A program made the translations under genes and the position numbers. DNA of 64,000 nucleotides from Octopus sinensis (taxonomy: Eukaryota), in assembly GCF_006345805.1 (NCBI RefSeq), contig NC_043011.1, forward strand, positions 59,346,464 to 59,410,463. The letters are read 5' to 3'. The notes beneath the pieces were generated by a model. It saw only the letters and a list, made by a program, of their open reading frames with translations, was not told the origin of the DNA and made no database searches. Below, piece after piece: positions 15,107 through 29,282 of this stretch. The first letter of the stretch is position 1; each line of letters starts with the position of its first letter.

Positions 15107-16249
15107 GCACTGAGTACAACCTGTGAATATTATGTGCATAGCCTATGTAAAATCTGCCTATAATCAGCTTACAACCGGTTCCAATTTGTAGTCGAACTGG
15201 AACTAACCTTCGTTGCAGTTCAATTGGATGTTTATATTAAGAACAATAAAACATTAAAACACACTGAAACTTTACCCTAACACTTAAGTCTAGACGTTTT
15301 AATACATTCGGACACTTTCTCTGCATTTCATTTCTTTTTTCTTGTTCTTGTTCTCTCCTAATACCTAGATATCTGCCCTTCATTTTGACAGATTTGCGTA
15401 AGTTATTGTTTTTCTGTCAGCATTTTGACATAAGAACTTTCGGTGAATGTTATCCATACTGAAATACCAACGAAAATATAAACAGGATAACGGGAATACA
15501 ATATGACTGCTGAATAATTTTGCATATAAATATATACTTTTTATATTGTTCTTCGTGTTACTTGTGGTCTTCAATGTTGTTGTTGTTGTTGTTAGTCTTG
15601 CTTATTTCTGACTCGAATAAATCTAATTTGGCCAGTTATAATCAAACAGATCTATGATATAAAGATATTCCTACCATCACCTCCATATTAATGTTTTGCA
15701 AAAGTTTTCGAACCAAAAAAAACGTATTTTTTGTATCCATTCCATAGAGGGGTAATTTGAGCGAGATTTGGTTGTTATTTCAAGTAGTGAGATACCACAC
15801 AGTAGACGTTCGCACGTCGATTCTCACTCTGCTTCCTCTCCGCATAAAAAAAATATTTAGTGTCTTGAATATATTTCTATAGTACACTAATGGGTAACTG
15901 AATATACATTCTTCAAATACATGTGATTCGCCAAGTTATTTTGGCGACGACGGGACAGATGATTGTTAAATATTAATATGAAACAGGATAGATTTTTGAA
16001 TTTGAAATTTAAAACGTTACGAAGAAAAATGCACAAAATAATTCACATATTTATTTATTTATGTTTACCTCTTTCAAAGTGTATACAAGGTCCAGTCGGC
16101 TGGTAATCATATCCAGATCCCTTTCACTGTTTTTAGGAATCGTCTGCATTGTACAACCTGTGACATATTAATTTAATATTTTACAAAGTGAGGCATTAAC
16201 TTTCACAATGAACAAAATTATTTGCCCCTCAAACCCTCTTTCCTGGAAC

Positions 16250-16513
16250 CGAAGAGATGATAGTCCAGTGACGATGAAGTGCAAACTAGTGAAGAAGTGG
16301 CTCAAAGAACATCCAACAGAATTTTACGGGGCAGGGATACATGGTCTCATTCGAAGGTGGAACATTGCTATTGAGAGAAACGGTCACTATGTTGAGAAGT
16401 AGGAATGTGATCGACAGAGGACCAGCTTCATTTTGATGTATGATACATGTTCCTGTGTTGGTAATTATACCTGTCCTCAACAAAATGGCGTTACTTTTTG
16501 TCTCACCCTCGTA
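16250..16513 (+). mobile_element. Mariner transposon 3' fragment with right TIR
   Basis: VKKWLKEHPTEFYGAGIHGLIRRWNIAIERNGHYVEK* is the mariner C-terminus. It ends ttactttttgtctcaccctcgTA, i.e. a tacgaggg-type TIR plus TA. Confidence 0.88.
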
Positions 16514-16589
16514 CACACACACATATATATATATGTATATACATACACACACACACACATATATATATATATTATATATATATATATAT

Positions 16590-16623
<34 letters not shown>

Positions 16624-16745
16624 CACATGTATATATACATATATATATGTATTATATATATATATATACATATATATATGTATCGCCATGATAGATCGTT
16701 AGCCACTACACACATTTTTTACTCTCCTTGTTTTTTCTGTGTCTC

Positions 16746-16779
16746 TTTCTGTAGAAGAGCGTAGGCTCGAAACGTAAAA
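16746..16779 (+). ncRNA. Minimal type-I hammerhead ribozyme motif (Penelope/retrozyme-like), one core substitution
   Basis: UUU-CUGUAGA-A-GAG(cguagg)CUC-GAAA-C-GUA-AAA. Stem I has 3 bp, stem II has 3 bp, stem III is the palindrome ACGU, and the cleavage triplet is GUA. A6 is changed to U. Confidence 0.55.
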
Positions 16780-16872
16780 TACTTTTTCTATTCCTGAGCG
16801 TTATACTAATACATCTGTTTGTTTTGTACACCACCTGTCTTCGTCTTTTGTTGTTTTTTTTTCGTAAATTTT

Positions 16873-16928
<56 letters not shown>

Positions 16929-17517
16929 TATATAGGGAGAGTTTACAAACAGTTTCTATCAATTAAATTCATTCTCATGGCTCTAGCTAAAACCACTTGC
17001 TCAAAGTACAGCGGAGTGGGACTGAAGGCGAAATGTCGGTGATGCAAAGAGAGCTTCATTTACTACCAGACCATAAGTGTGATTATATTCTCCACTTCAT
17101 AATAATACAGAAACTTCGAGATCTCAAAATGAACTTGAAATAAATCCGTTTTAGTACATTGAACCCTGAAACATATATATATAAATTTATAAATATTGGG
17201 TTAAAACCTCTTTGGACATAAATAAAAAAGGTGAAGATAGTTCCTCGAACTCGAACCCACATCTCGTGTAGGCATGCCTTGTTTTCTACCATTAACCGTA
17301 AGCAATCCTTCGAACTTTACTACTCATAGATCTATATTTCAAACCTGACACCGCTGCAGACGCTACTCAGAGTTTTCCGGAGTATATATTACGTTGAATA
17401 GCAATGTCTATCCACAGTCTTACAGATATGAGAGTGTGTATGAGACATGAAAGTGTATGTATTTATGTATGTGTGTGTATACATACATACATCCATGCAT
17501 AAAATTAACACACGCAT

Positions 17518-17550
<33 letters not shown>

Positions 17551-17553
<3 letters not shown>

Positions 17554-17754
17554 TGTTGGCCAAAAGTCACCTCACTGTAAATCAAAATTCCGCAAATACT
17601 TAATATTCAATTTTATTTATTCATTCCAATTATGAATGTTAAATAATTGAATTCTGTCTATTTATTAGAGATAGTCTCACATAAAATATTTTGTTTTAAT
17701 CTTGGAAGTGAATGGTTTTCTCTTACTGTCAGGTGACTTTTGGCCAATGTTGTA
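17551..17754. mobile_element. Tc1/mariner-type MITE, about 200 bp
   Basis: Perfect 17-bp inverted repeats ttggccaaaagtcacct / aggtgacttttggccaa near both ends, AT-rich interior, TA at the right end. Confidence 0.8.
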
Positions 17755-17801
17755 CGTAGGTTTTGAACTGCCTACATGAAAAAAAAAATTATGAGTGTGT
17801 C

Positions 17802-17805
<4 letters not shown>

Positions 17806-17868
<63 letters not shown>

Positions 17869-17884
17869 GTATATATATAATATG

Positions 17885-17919
<35 letters not shown>

Positions 17920-17926
17920 CTATATA

Positions 17927-17981
<55 letters not shown>

Positions 17982-17986
17982 GTATA

Positions 17987-18064
<78 letters not shown>

Positions 18065-18072
18065 GTATATAG

Positions 18073-18120
<48 letters not shown>

Positions 18121-18169
18121 GATATATATATATGTATATATATAATCTATATATATGTATATATATATG

Positions 18170-18203
<34 letters not shown>

Positions 18204-18236
18204 ATATATATATATATGTATAGATATATATATCTA

Positions 18237-18274
<38 letters not shown>

Positions 18275-18422
18275 GTATATATATGATACATATATATATA
18301 TATATATATTATATTACATAGAAGATAGATAATATAGATAGATAGATAGATAGTTGTTAGATAGATAGATAGATAGATAGATATATAGATAGATAGATAG
18401 ATAGATATATAGATAGATAGAT
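17806..18422. repeat. About 500 bp of interrupted (TA)n followed by (GATA)n
   Basis: Seen directly. Confidence 0.97.
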
Positions 18423-18427
18423 ACGCT

Positions 18428-18757
18428 AAAAGGTAGAGACCCACTTCGGTCATGGATGACCATAAGATTGCACCTAGAAAGTAACCTTCCGAGGCACAAG
18501 TCCGGACAAAGTTGTTTTATGGAAGACCAGCAGTCACCCATGCATACCAGCCTCCCCTCTCCACGCCACCGAAGTTGTCCAAGGGAAAGGCAAAGGGGCC
18601 GGTACACTTTGGCTCCCGTGACGTCGCAACTCATTTCTACAGCTGAGTGAACTGGAGCAACGTGAAATAAAGTGTCTTTCTCAAGAACACAACACACAGT
18701 CCGGTCCGGGAATCGAACTCACAACCTCACGATTGTAAGCTCTAACACTGCGCCATG
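18428..18757 (-). mobile_element. CORE-type SINE with the family-1 head and core but a different 3' tail (family 1b)
   Basis: Reverse complement gives gtgagttcgattccc...acactttatttcacgttgctccagttcactcagctg, then the tail gaggggaggctggtatgcatgggtgactgctggtcttccat. An older plus-strand copy is at 30430-30790. Confidence 0.85.
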
Positions 18758-19136
18758 TTACTATAATAATAATAATAATAATAATTATTATTATTATATT
18801 ATTATTATTATTATAAGCAACAGAGGGACTCAGTGCCGAGAGTTTCGTGTGTCAACTCTTATCAAACAAGTTAGACATCGATAGGTTGTAATTTTATGTA
18901 CCGGTGATAATTGTGTTACCCTGGAATGTTCGGGAAGAAATTATAGAAAATAATTAGAATGCAAAGTGAATAATTCACGTTTTCCCACTATTTTACACAG
19001 TATGCCGCCCAATAAATAAATATATAAATAGAAAATTCGGGAAAATTTGTGCGTTTTTACACGTTCATAAATGAGAGTACCGGTGAATGTAATTTCAATA
19101 CCTACGTACGTACATACATGCATACACACATACACA

Positions 19137-19196
<60 letters not shown>

Positions 19197-19422
19197 ACAG
19201 ATGTAGAATGCTTGCAAACTGCTTTCTTTCTTGTAAAGTTTCGTACCAAAAGACAACTCACATTATAAATAATTAAAAGTGATAGTTTTGGGAATTAAAA
19301 AAGGTTTTCTTTCTATATTTCATTTTCCTTTCCTACTTAGCTTTACAATTATTTTTTTGTTCCTTTTGCCAACTATTTGCTTAAAAACTTCCATATTATT
19401 TCTATTATTATTATTATTATCA

Positions 19423-19460
<38 letters not shown>

Positions 19461-19463
19461 GTT

Positions 19464-19498
<35 letters not shown>

Positions 19499-20643
19499 CG
19501 TTTGGTCTGTTAATATTTCTTATCGCTAAGGCAGTGAGCTGACAGAATCGTGAACACTTTGGACAAAACACTTAAACGAATTTCGCCCACCTTAACATAC
19601 TTGTGTTTAAATTATTCCGTTTAAGTTGATTTCACCTTTGGTCATTTTGAGGTCGATAAAATGTGTACCAATTCCCTAGAAATTGCTTACCTTGTGCCAA
19701 AATTTTAAAACCAGACCCCCTCCCTTGAGATGCTGAACTTGTGTCATTATTTCTTATGGTTTCATGATGATGATGATGATGATGACGACGGTGACGATGA
19801 TGATATAATTAGATATGCAAGGTACGTCTGCGGTTCAAACGAAGTAAATATTTGTCACCTTTGAAAAAAACAAACGTCTTTCGACACTGATTCAGCAACG
19901 TGTCGTTGCACAATATTACAAGGATGACTGTTTTATAAAAACATAAATATTTCCCAGACTGGTAATATACCGACATAATATCACTGTTTCAGTCTCTTTC
20001 ATCTGTATCTACACTTATTTTTAAAATACACTTAAAACGATGTTTACTAACAACCGCCGAATATACAACCGTTTTACTGTTTTCAAACGATCCTGATACT
20101 TAAAGTCATCCATACCATTAGGCTTTGCACTCATCGATGTTTGTATTATCTCAATGAAATATATCAGTGAAATTACTTATTTTAGTTTACTGTTTTCCTT
20201 TTTTATTAATGTTCTTTATAGTAAAGACAATAAAAATTATAGTGAATGTTACTATGGCAATAATACCTTTCTGTGTACAATTTGGCAAGTCTCTCGGCAC
20301 GACAAGATCAAGAATGAACGATAAAAATAGTGATTACTGCCAATAAGAGCAAGCACCAATGATTACCATAAGATTAGCAAGAGAATCGCGACGAATATAA
20401 ATTAATACCAATAACAGGAATTATTGCACCAACAGCACCCTGATCTTAAACGAGCACTAAACACAGGGTTTGACAACAGCCGTACTAAAAAGTGTCATTT
20501 TTATTGTTTTATAAGGGTGGCAAGGAATAATTACTAAGCGAATATTAGCACCAAGACTCTTACAATCTCTCTCAGTTTCGGTACTAAAACAGAAATATTT
20601 ACAGTTTGACAGATATGTTGTTTAATGTTTGAGTAAGACGCAG

Positions 20644-21238
20644 AGGCGGCGAGCTGGCAGAAACGTTAGCACGGCGGGCGAAATGCGTTGCGGTATTTCG
20701 TCTGTCTTTACGTTCTGAGTTCAAATTCCGCCGAGGTCGACTTTGCCTTTCATCCTTTCGGGGTCGATTAAATAAGTACCAGTTACGCACTGGGTCGATG
20801 TAATCGACTTAATCCGTTTGTCTGTCCTTGTTTGACCCTCTGTGTTTAGCCCCTTGTGGGTAATAAAGAAATAGGTATTTCGTCTGCCGCTACGTTCTGA
20901 GTTCAAATTCCGCGGAGGTCGACTTTACCTTTCATCCTTTCGGGGTCGGTAAATCAAGTACCAGTTACGCACTGGGGTGATGTAATCGATTTAATCTCCT
21001 TGTTTAGCCCCTTGTGGGTCATAAAGAAATAAGAAACGTAAGCATGCCGGGCGAAATACTTAGCATGATTTCGTCTACGTTCTGTATTCAAAATCCGTCC
21101 AAGGACGACTTTACCTGTCATCATTTCGGGGTCGGTAAATTAAGTACCAATTGCGTACTTAATCGACTAGCCCCATCTAATCGACTAGCTCCATCCCCCA
21201 AAATTTTGGGCCTTGTGCCTAGAACAGAAAAGAATAAT
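20644..21238 (+). mobile_element. Tandem trimer of SINE family 3 units (A-X, A'-X, A''-tail)
   Basis: Three successive Nin-like domains. The first two end in the X module ccccttgtggg...aaagaaata. Confidence 0.9.
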
Positions 21239-21289
21239 TGGGTAAAACAATGAAGAGGAGAAATGGCAGAACCTACAAATACAAATCAT

Positions 21290-21472
21290 CCTTTCTAGGA
21301 ACGAGGCCTGAAATTGCGGGATGGGACTAATCGAATTCATCACCCCCAGACCCCAAAAGGATGAAAAGCACAGTCGACCTCAGCGTAATTTGAACTAAAA
21401 AGTTAAAACCGGAAGAAATGCCGTTAAGCATTTTGTCCTGCGCGCCAACGTTTCTGCAAGTTCGCCGCCCTA
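21290..21472 (-). mobile_element. Decayed SINE family 3 copy, inverted relative to the trimer
   Basis: gtcgacctcagcgtaatttgaact...gttcgccgcc is the reverse complement of the family consensus. Confidence 0.75.
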
Positions 21473-22719
21473 AATAATAATAATAATATTTTTGTAATAT
21501 GGCCTCAATACAATACAGTTTGACTGCGAATAATCTTCCATTTTATCGCCCTCACTTCACAATAATATTCCAAGGCTCCATTATTTTCTTGAGTTTACAA
21601 AGGTGAACAGTGAAGCTGCCGGCTTTAGCAGGATTTGAACTCAGAACATAAAGAAATGTGACTGATTACGTTTCCTTTGAAATTTCGGAACAAAATCAGC
21701 GCTTTTAGATAAGATTGTTAGTCAATTAAATCGGTCTCAGCTCTCAGCTGGTACTCGTTTTTACTGATGTCGAAAGAGTGAAAAGAAAGAGAATCTGAGC
21801 AGAATTTGAACTCGGAATGTAAGGAACCGGAATAAAAGCTGCTCAGCATTTAGTCTGACACTCTAAATGTTCTGTCAGTTCGCCGCTGACTAGAAGGTAT
21901 TTTTAGGTGATCTACCGATTTTGTCACCTTACAACACTCGTTTGATGAATCCATTTTCGGAGAGCAACAATGAAATATGGGAATCCTTTTGGCTTTAAAA
22001 ATGACAAATAGTTGGAATAATATATGGATACAACAGAAGCTTTAGATCTTCTCACTGTCATGCTTTCCTTTAACCGTATATGTGAATAATTCAATGTAGC
22101 ATTTCAATGACCAAGACCAAGGGTTGACAAATATGATGGGAGGCGGAATACATGGGAGACGTATTTTATGTCTTACGGACTAAGAGGAATTCAAAAAATA
22201 AATATTTGTTTATTGAGTGTTTTCGTTTTTACACTTTCAGTGTTAAGCAAGAAAGGCAATTTCAATAGTTGTTTGTTTGCCTAAGATGAAGTGTTTCAAT
22301 GGTTACAGAATTTGCGCTTCGATGTTGTGAAGACGTGAGTCAAATTCCAAAGCAAGTAGTTTCAGTATAGCAGCGATTGTTGTTTGATTCCTACCTCGTT
22401 CATTGTAGAATCTATATTTCCGGTAGCTTTGAAACGATAGCTGTCAACTAACATAGGATTTATTGATCAAAGCAGCGCGGTTTATGAATACACATCAACT
22501 AGCCATTACTTCATGAATTACAACCCGGATGGCTGTAGAACTGCGATTTCGAAATGGAATAGGCAGCAGCAGTAATAATAACGACAATAATGATTCCTTT
22601 TATTGGCCACAAGGACTTCACAATAATGGACAATACTAGGGCGAAACTCAGAAAATAATAAATCAGGAATATACATCAGGTAAAAATAGTTAGGTTAGTA
22701 AAAATAACAAGCATTTCGC

Positions 22720-23073
22720 TCATACGTGGCTCTGTGGTAAGAAGCTTGATACCCAACCACATGGTTCCTGGTTCAGTCTTACTGCATGGTACCCTGGGCA
22801 AGTGTCTTCTATTATAGCCTCAGGTCGGCCAAAGCCTTGCGAGGCGATTTGGTAGACGGAAACAGAAGGCAGTGCGTGTGAGTGTGTTCGTACCCCATCG
22901 CCGCTTGACAACCGTTGCTGGTGTGTTTAGGTCACTGTAACTTAGTGGTTCAGCAAAAGACGCCGATAGAATAACTACCAAGCTTTGAGAAATTTAAGTC
23001 TAGGTGACGATTTGTGCAACTAAAACCCTTCTTTGACTGGCCACAGTCAAATGACTGAAACAAGTAAAAGAAG
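22720..23073 (+). mobile_element. SINE family 2, older copy
   Basis: Homologous to 3420-3810 over its length. Confidence 0.85.
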
Positions 23074-24179
23074 ATATATAATAATGGTTTTAACTTCTGG
23101 TACCAGGGCAGCACTTGCCTGCAGAAGGTTGTTAATCGATTAGGTCGATCGCCCCTCTACTTTAGTGGTTCTAATTTTATCGACTCCAAATGTATGAGAC
23201 GCAAATTCAACGTGGGTAGAATGTGGATTCAGAACGTGGAGTGGGACGAATGCCGGTCCAACGCCTCAACAATTCAGTAACCTTAGCGCCTTGGATATGT
23301 AGCAACGATAATAAGAAATAATAAATAAGAAATACCTTGAAAGATTACTAAATTGCAAAACCAGGATTGCTCTAATATAACAGAGTTACCTGCCTTCTCT
23401 CAATGATAATGAAAAAAAAAACCCAGTTATTTATAAATTAGTATAAAACTTCGCTTCCAAGTATATCCACACCCACACATACACACACACATATGCATAA
23501 ACGCTTGCAAATGAACACAGATACACTTGCATGCGCACGGGAACTAGACGTGATTATATGGTCTGTATGTTACGGAGATCTTTGCCAATATTGAAGATTG
23601 ATTATTGCAAGCCAATGTGGCATGGAAAGGGAATATGCACAAAGTCTCAATGACCATGTACAATTTGACGAGAAAGTGATGGTGAGAGAGAGAGAGGAGA
23701 GAGAGAGAGAGAATCTGTCGCCCCGTATATTTCTTACAGCATGAAGGAGAGTGACGCGCATTCTCACAGAGAGACGAGGCTTCTCACACAGTTTTCTGTA
23801 AGCATTTTCTCAATTTCATAACTCTTCGTTATTTCCTGTTCTTATTTTACCACCCCCTGTCCACTTCTTTACCATCCATCTCTCTCCTTCTCTCTCTCTC
23901 TTTCTCTCTCCCGATGACTATCAGTCTGTCTCTATCATTCTCTCTGGCTCCGTAGTTATGTTCGGAGTTCAAATGCCGCATGCGGCCCTCAAGCATCCTT
24001 CCGGCTGCCCTCGACTGTATTCCCTCTATAAAATATGATGAATCTTTCTTTAAGTGACATGTGCTTTCATTTATTTTTAGTGTGGTCCCCTACACATCCA
24101 GGTTTGGGATCTGGCCCAGATATGATAAAGGTTGTAAAGTGTTGGTTAAATCTTGCTACTGCATACACCTAGTTACTGC

Positions 24180-25340
24180 TAGAAATTGAGAGTCGCTGTG
24201 CATCATAGGATCTTTCCTCTTGTTTCCAACTTTTAAACTGTTCATGAATTCCTTCCCTATATTTGCGAGTTACATTTATATCGCTTCTGCATTTTCCCAT
24301 CTTCCTTTTCTTAACTATTGTACTGCACAGTTTTGCTCCATATTCCCTTCCTGTATGTTTGAAATTCCGTTGGAGATGTTGTCCCCGAAAGTTTACTCTT
24401 TTTTGTTACACTCGTTTGGGGTTTGATTCAAATATTTTGTTCTGGAATAAATTTTTGCCATTTTAAATATGATTTTGTTTAGATATCTTTTTTGCTCCCA
24501 GACAGACTTCTATTTTGTTGATATTAAATTTTCTTATAATTGTTTATATTTGTTGTTCTCGACTTGGATCCCATTTCTCCAGTTCGCAAATTAATGATGG
24601 GTTTTCCTGTAAATCGTTTAACTTTTACATAGTATATTCTCTTTCCACACTTCTTTTTGCTTTCGGTTTAATCAAGGACGATCTGACTCTTCAAGGAATA
24701 AGCCGAGTACACCTCGCTACTACAATTGCTATGAATATATCAATACATTAATTCCGTTGATGTTGGAGTTGTTTACTTCCGTGAAGAGAAATCCCCACAG
24801 TGAAATCTTTTTATAATCTGTTTGCTTGTTTGTCACTTCAACGGCGGTTCATGTTGATTCATGTCCATTGATCGCTTTATTTTTCTTACGTTCTCTTTAT
24901 TCTTTCTCCCATGTTTTCCTCAGCATTGACTCTATTTTGATCTGTTTTAATCTTGGATGCTTTAATTCGATTTCTTTTCGAATGTGGCTTTGAGAGTAAA
25001 TTTTTGTTTTGGTTAAGTATTTGTTTGAATATTTTCATGATGCTTTCTAATCCCCAATTTAGCTTTTAAGTTTCTTTTTCTGCGTTCCTGCTTTTCATAT
25101 CCTGTGACCCTTGTGTATTCTTTGTGTGGTGATTTCATAATATTTACCTTGTATTTTCTAGACTCATTTACAAGATGTGACATCGTCTCTGCTCTGATGT
25201 TTCCTTCACTTCTGAAGTTTTATGTGTCTTATTATCTATTCATTGGCTTAGAATAGATTATCATGTGTATCTGCACATTTATGGTTTCGTATGTTTTCAA
25301 TGTGTATCATTTCTATAAAGTGTTTTTTCAGATCAAGTTT
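24180..25340 (-). mobile_element. Heavily decayed N-terminal region of an R4/Dong-like ORF (boundaries approximate)
   Basis: Minus frames give QNKIFESNPKRV* and GIWSKTVQYNS, resembling R4 QN.LF..N.K.FY and FW..IW...HN. Many stops. Confidence 0.45.
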
Positions 25341-25455
25341 TTATTATAAATTTTCATAAATTCACAACTCTGTTTACTTGAATACGGCTCCTCCTTTCCT
25401 GCATACTTTTACTTCCAATGCCCATAGGACATAATTACATTGATCGTGGACGATC

Positions 25456-25457
<2 letters not shown>

Positions 25458-25503
<46 letters not shown>

Positions 25504-25531
25504 CATCATTAGCAACATCATCATCATCATC

Positions 25532-25567
<36 letters not shown>

Positions 25568-25600
25568 ATTATTATTATTATTGTCATCTTCATCATCATC

Positions 25601-25642
<42 letters not shown>
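25458..25642. repeat. (TTA)n/(TCA)n compound array
   Basis: Seen directly. Confidence 0.95.
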
Positions 25643-26101
25643 GAGTGAGAGAGCAGTGCATGCCATCAAAGTGACACTGGGGTACAAATATACGAAGCCC
25701 AGTATACCCATCATGACTACCCGTCTGATAAGGGTACACCAGGCACATGCATCACAACCATATGTGCGCGATATGATGATCTCATAACAAGATAAACAGC
25801 GCATGACCTTGCGGGTGGGGTCCAGTTAGAATTTTCTTCTGGTTGGGTAACCCATCCCACTCAAAAGGTCCCTGATTAAGGGTTGTTTAAGGATGTTGAA
25901 TGAAACACCCATGTTTCCAGAGGGGAATCATTCAAACCCCAAAGAATCCCTCTCAACACATGGCTATGATGCTCCCCCACTACTTCTACTCGTGATCAGA
26001 GATGCACATATCGTCAGCCATTAAGGGACATACTCAACTGGTTACGGTCAAACAACTGACAAGCAAATCTGGGGTAATGAGCAGAATATTTGCTGTAGCC
26101 C
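25643..26101 (-). mobile_element. About 460 bp non-coding retro-insert in an (AAT)n array, probably an R4-family 3' end
   Basis: AAT repeats lie on both sides. The same 3' terminus recurs at 40972 and 61531. The 5' end translates ATANILL, like the R4 terminal GTA.ILR motif. No Pol III boxes seen. Confidence 0.75.
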
Positions 26102-26144
<43 letters not shown>

Positions 26145-27970
26145 GAGGAAAACTCTCAGTATATTTTTCTGGTTATGACTGAAAGTGTCAGCTGTAGGCA
26201 GCCCGCAGACTAAGTTGGCATTTATTTACTGATCATGCTTTAAGAACCCTGTGGTGAACCCTTCCACTTCCAAGTAATGCTGGTTTTTGAGCCACGTTAC
26301 TATTTGGCTGCTGATACTTCCAAGTACGCCAATCATTATTAATAACAGGTCTACTCCCGTCACTGACCACAAACTTCGCTTTTCACTTCAATTCATCCTA
26401 GTTGTTCACTTTGCTTCTTTCTCTTCGGTCTTCTCACCAGGACATGCTATATCGATTATCAGACGTGTCTTTGTCTTTTCCGTTCACCATAATGATGTCA
26501 GGTTTCGAAGTTTAATCTGATGATCACACTGAATCATTCCATCCCACAGGATTTGACAGTCAGCATTTTCAAAAACTCCTTTTGGGCTTCGGTCAAACTT
26601 CGTCTTTGATCTTTCTAGGTAATAAGTTCCACAGAGCTCCCAATGGCTCGTTCTCGCGACATTGTCACGTCATCTTTTGTAATCGCACTCAACCAATTTT
26701 GGTCATTCGCTAGCGATGTGTCATACCGTTCCACCCCTCTCACTACACATTCTGCATTTGTCAAACTCGGTAAGGTTGTCGATTTGACACTTCACATAGT
26801 TAGTCCTTAATGCTTGTTCTTGTGCTGCGCATATATAAGTGCTTCTTTCTCCATCTTCAAGTCACTCCTCCTCATCCATAACCACCGGTCTTATGTATCT
26901 GTCTTGGCTTGCGTATCCCTTGCAAATTGACCGCCCATTTTCTTCTCCTTCCAAGTTTTTTTTGTGTTCATTTCCTCTTTAAGTTTTTGTAATAATTTTG
27001 GTTCCCCGGTATTTTTACATACCACCCCAAGCTTGTTTCATGACAACTGGTAAAACCCCACCAATCATTTCTTCAGAACAAGTACAGCCTATCAGTATCA
27101 ATCCTAAGATGGAAGGTTCTGCGCATTGTTAATATTTTTCTTGTCTACGTATCCATGTTCATCAGTTCTTCATTTTACTAGTTTATGATTCCAGCTCCAT
27201 ACCTAAGTGATGCTATCGTCCATGTATTAACTGCTCGAATTTTAAGCCATCCGGTTAATTTTGTTCCCAACACCAATCTCAGCCATCGGAAATATTCCAT
27301 TATCATTTGTTCTTTTATTTCCTTCTCCGTGATTTCGTTAAACTCTTGTATGCCAAGGAAATTGTAGCCTTCCTTTTCAATTTGTCTAATCAGTTCTCTA
27401 TTTGGTAATTCTCTCTGTGCTAGGAATTGTACCTTGCCTCTTTTCAGGAACATCATGCCACACTTCTTGTGTCCGAATTTCACTTGTGCTTCATATTTAT
27501 CAGACAGCTTCAAATCATCCATGAAGAAGAGGTGGCTGATTGTTTGGGATTTTCACTTTAGCTGATACCCCAGATTCATTTTCTGAAGTACCAAGGTCAA
27601 AAGAATTATGCAGAGAACAGAAAGCAACGGAGATAATCCACCGCCTTGGAAAATCCCTTTTCTGCTGCCCAGGGCGCTCAAGCCTTGTCCGTAGGATATC
27701 AACTCAGAAACCACGTTACATTCCTCGCAGTTCCAAACAAATCCAAGCACTCGATGATCCACGAATGTGGATTCATATCCTAAACCTTACGATAATCAAT
27801 CCACGTCCTTTACACATTTCTCCTCCTTCGTTTACAATCTTCCATTACCATTTAGTTTATGCATGACTGGTGTTTGATACTCTGCATCTCCTCCGTCGGT
27901 GACATCTCGTTCTCATCAAGAAATTTGTACAGTTCTTCTGCAATTCTTCATCTTCATTATTATTATTATT

Positions 27971-28020
<50 letters not shown>

Positions 28021-28032
28021 TATTATTTTTAT

Positions 28033-28069
<37 letters not shown>

Positions 28070-28700
28070 GGTGGTAGTAGTATTGTTGTTGTTGTTTTTG
28101 TTATTGATATCGTCCTGATCTTGTATGGGTAACGACCGCGGCGTATCTGAGATTCCTCAGAACACAGACAGTAATAAAGAAACGGCAAGTCACTCTGTGT
28201 TAAGAATGTCTAATGTATATCTTCACCTTTCAGACGTTTTAGTATTACCCGTTTATTCTGATTATTTGAAATGGTCATCTTAAAGTGCTTCACATATTTT
28301 CCAATTTAATCTGTTGGCAGTTTTTCTGCTGTTAATAATAGATTCTTGCTTCTTGTCCACAGAATTTCTTAGTGCATTTCACTTCGTTTTAAAATGTTTG
28401 TTTAATTCGTTGTTTCAGGATTTCTTATAAGCTATTTTGTCTATAGATTTTCGACATCGTTCAGCCAGTCACGTATGATCGTTGTCGTCGCTGAATTGAA
28501 AGCTCTTTTGATTCTCAATATATTTATTCGTATTTGACAGTTGTCTACATTCCAGTGTCCGATTTATGTTATATAATTATACATCTATGTTGCTTTTCCA
28601 TCTTCATTTACCTTCAGGTTTCAAGTGAAATTGCATTTCTCATTTATCTAATACTTCTAAGTATTTTCTTCGTGAAATATATGACCAGCAAATGACGACA
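26145..28700 (-). mobile_element. Decayed R4/Dong-type non-LTR retrotransposon (RT + CCHC + REL nuclease + short 3' UTR)
   Basis: Peptides EDCKRRRRNV*RTWIDYRKV*DMNPHSWI, KGIFQGGGLSPLL, ISHLFFMDDLKL, YNFLGI, LRYGAGIIN, ILWDGMIQCDH and LIIDIACPG. Ends in (AAT)n at 26102-26144. The upstream boundary is approximate. Confidence 0.85.
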
Positions 28701-29169
28701 AAATATCTTACATCAACCACTCAACGCCTCTGCGCATCTCTTCATAAGTCACTCAAATCTCGATCTGCTAAAATCAGCCATTAAATCTATCTGAGATCAT
28801 ACTTTACTCTCGTATTTGACAACGCTGCTCTATATCTAAATTGATTTTATATGGAACATGGCAGGGAAGTCATGGCAGGAATGTCGGTGATATTGGTTCT
28901 CCTCAACCAAAACCTAATGCGGAGCTCAAACAATTCCGGATATAGACTCTTGAAGTTCTCTGAACCACCTGCACAAATCATTTGTTTATAGTGATCAAGT
29001 ATAAGCGCTATACATCATGTGATCCCATTCATCAAATTGACGTTTCCTGAACAGGTGAATGTCGTACCACACATCAGATGCCGAAGCGACAAAAGAGCAA
29101 CGAGATATGGAGTGTTTTTCCTTCAAGAACGCAATACACATTAATACCCACACGCACACACGCACACAT

Positions 29170-29195
29170 AGATTGATAGATAGATAGATAGCTAA

Positions 29196-29282
<87 letters not shown>
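29170..29282. repeat. (GATA)n
   Basis: Seen directly. Confidence 0.95.
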
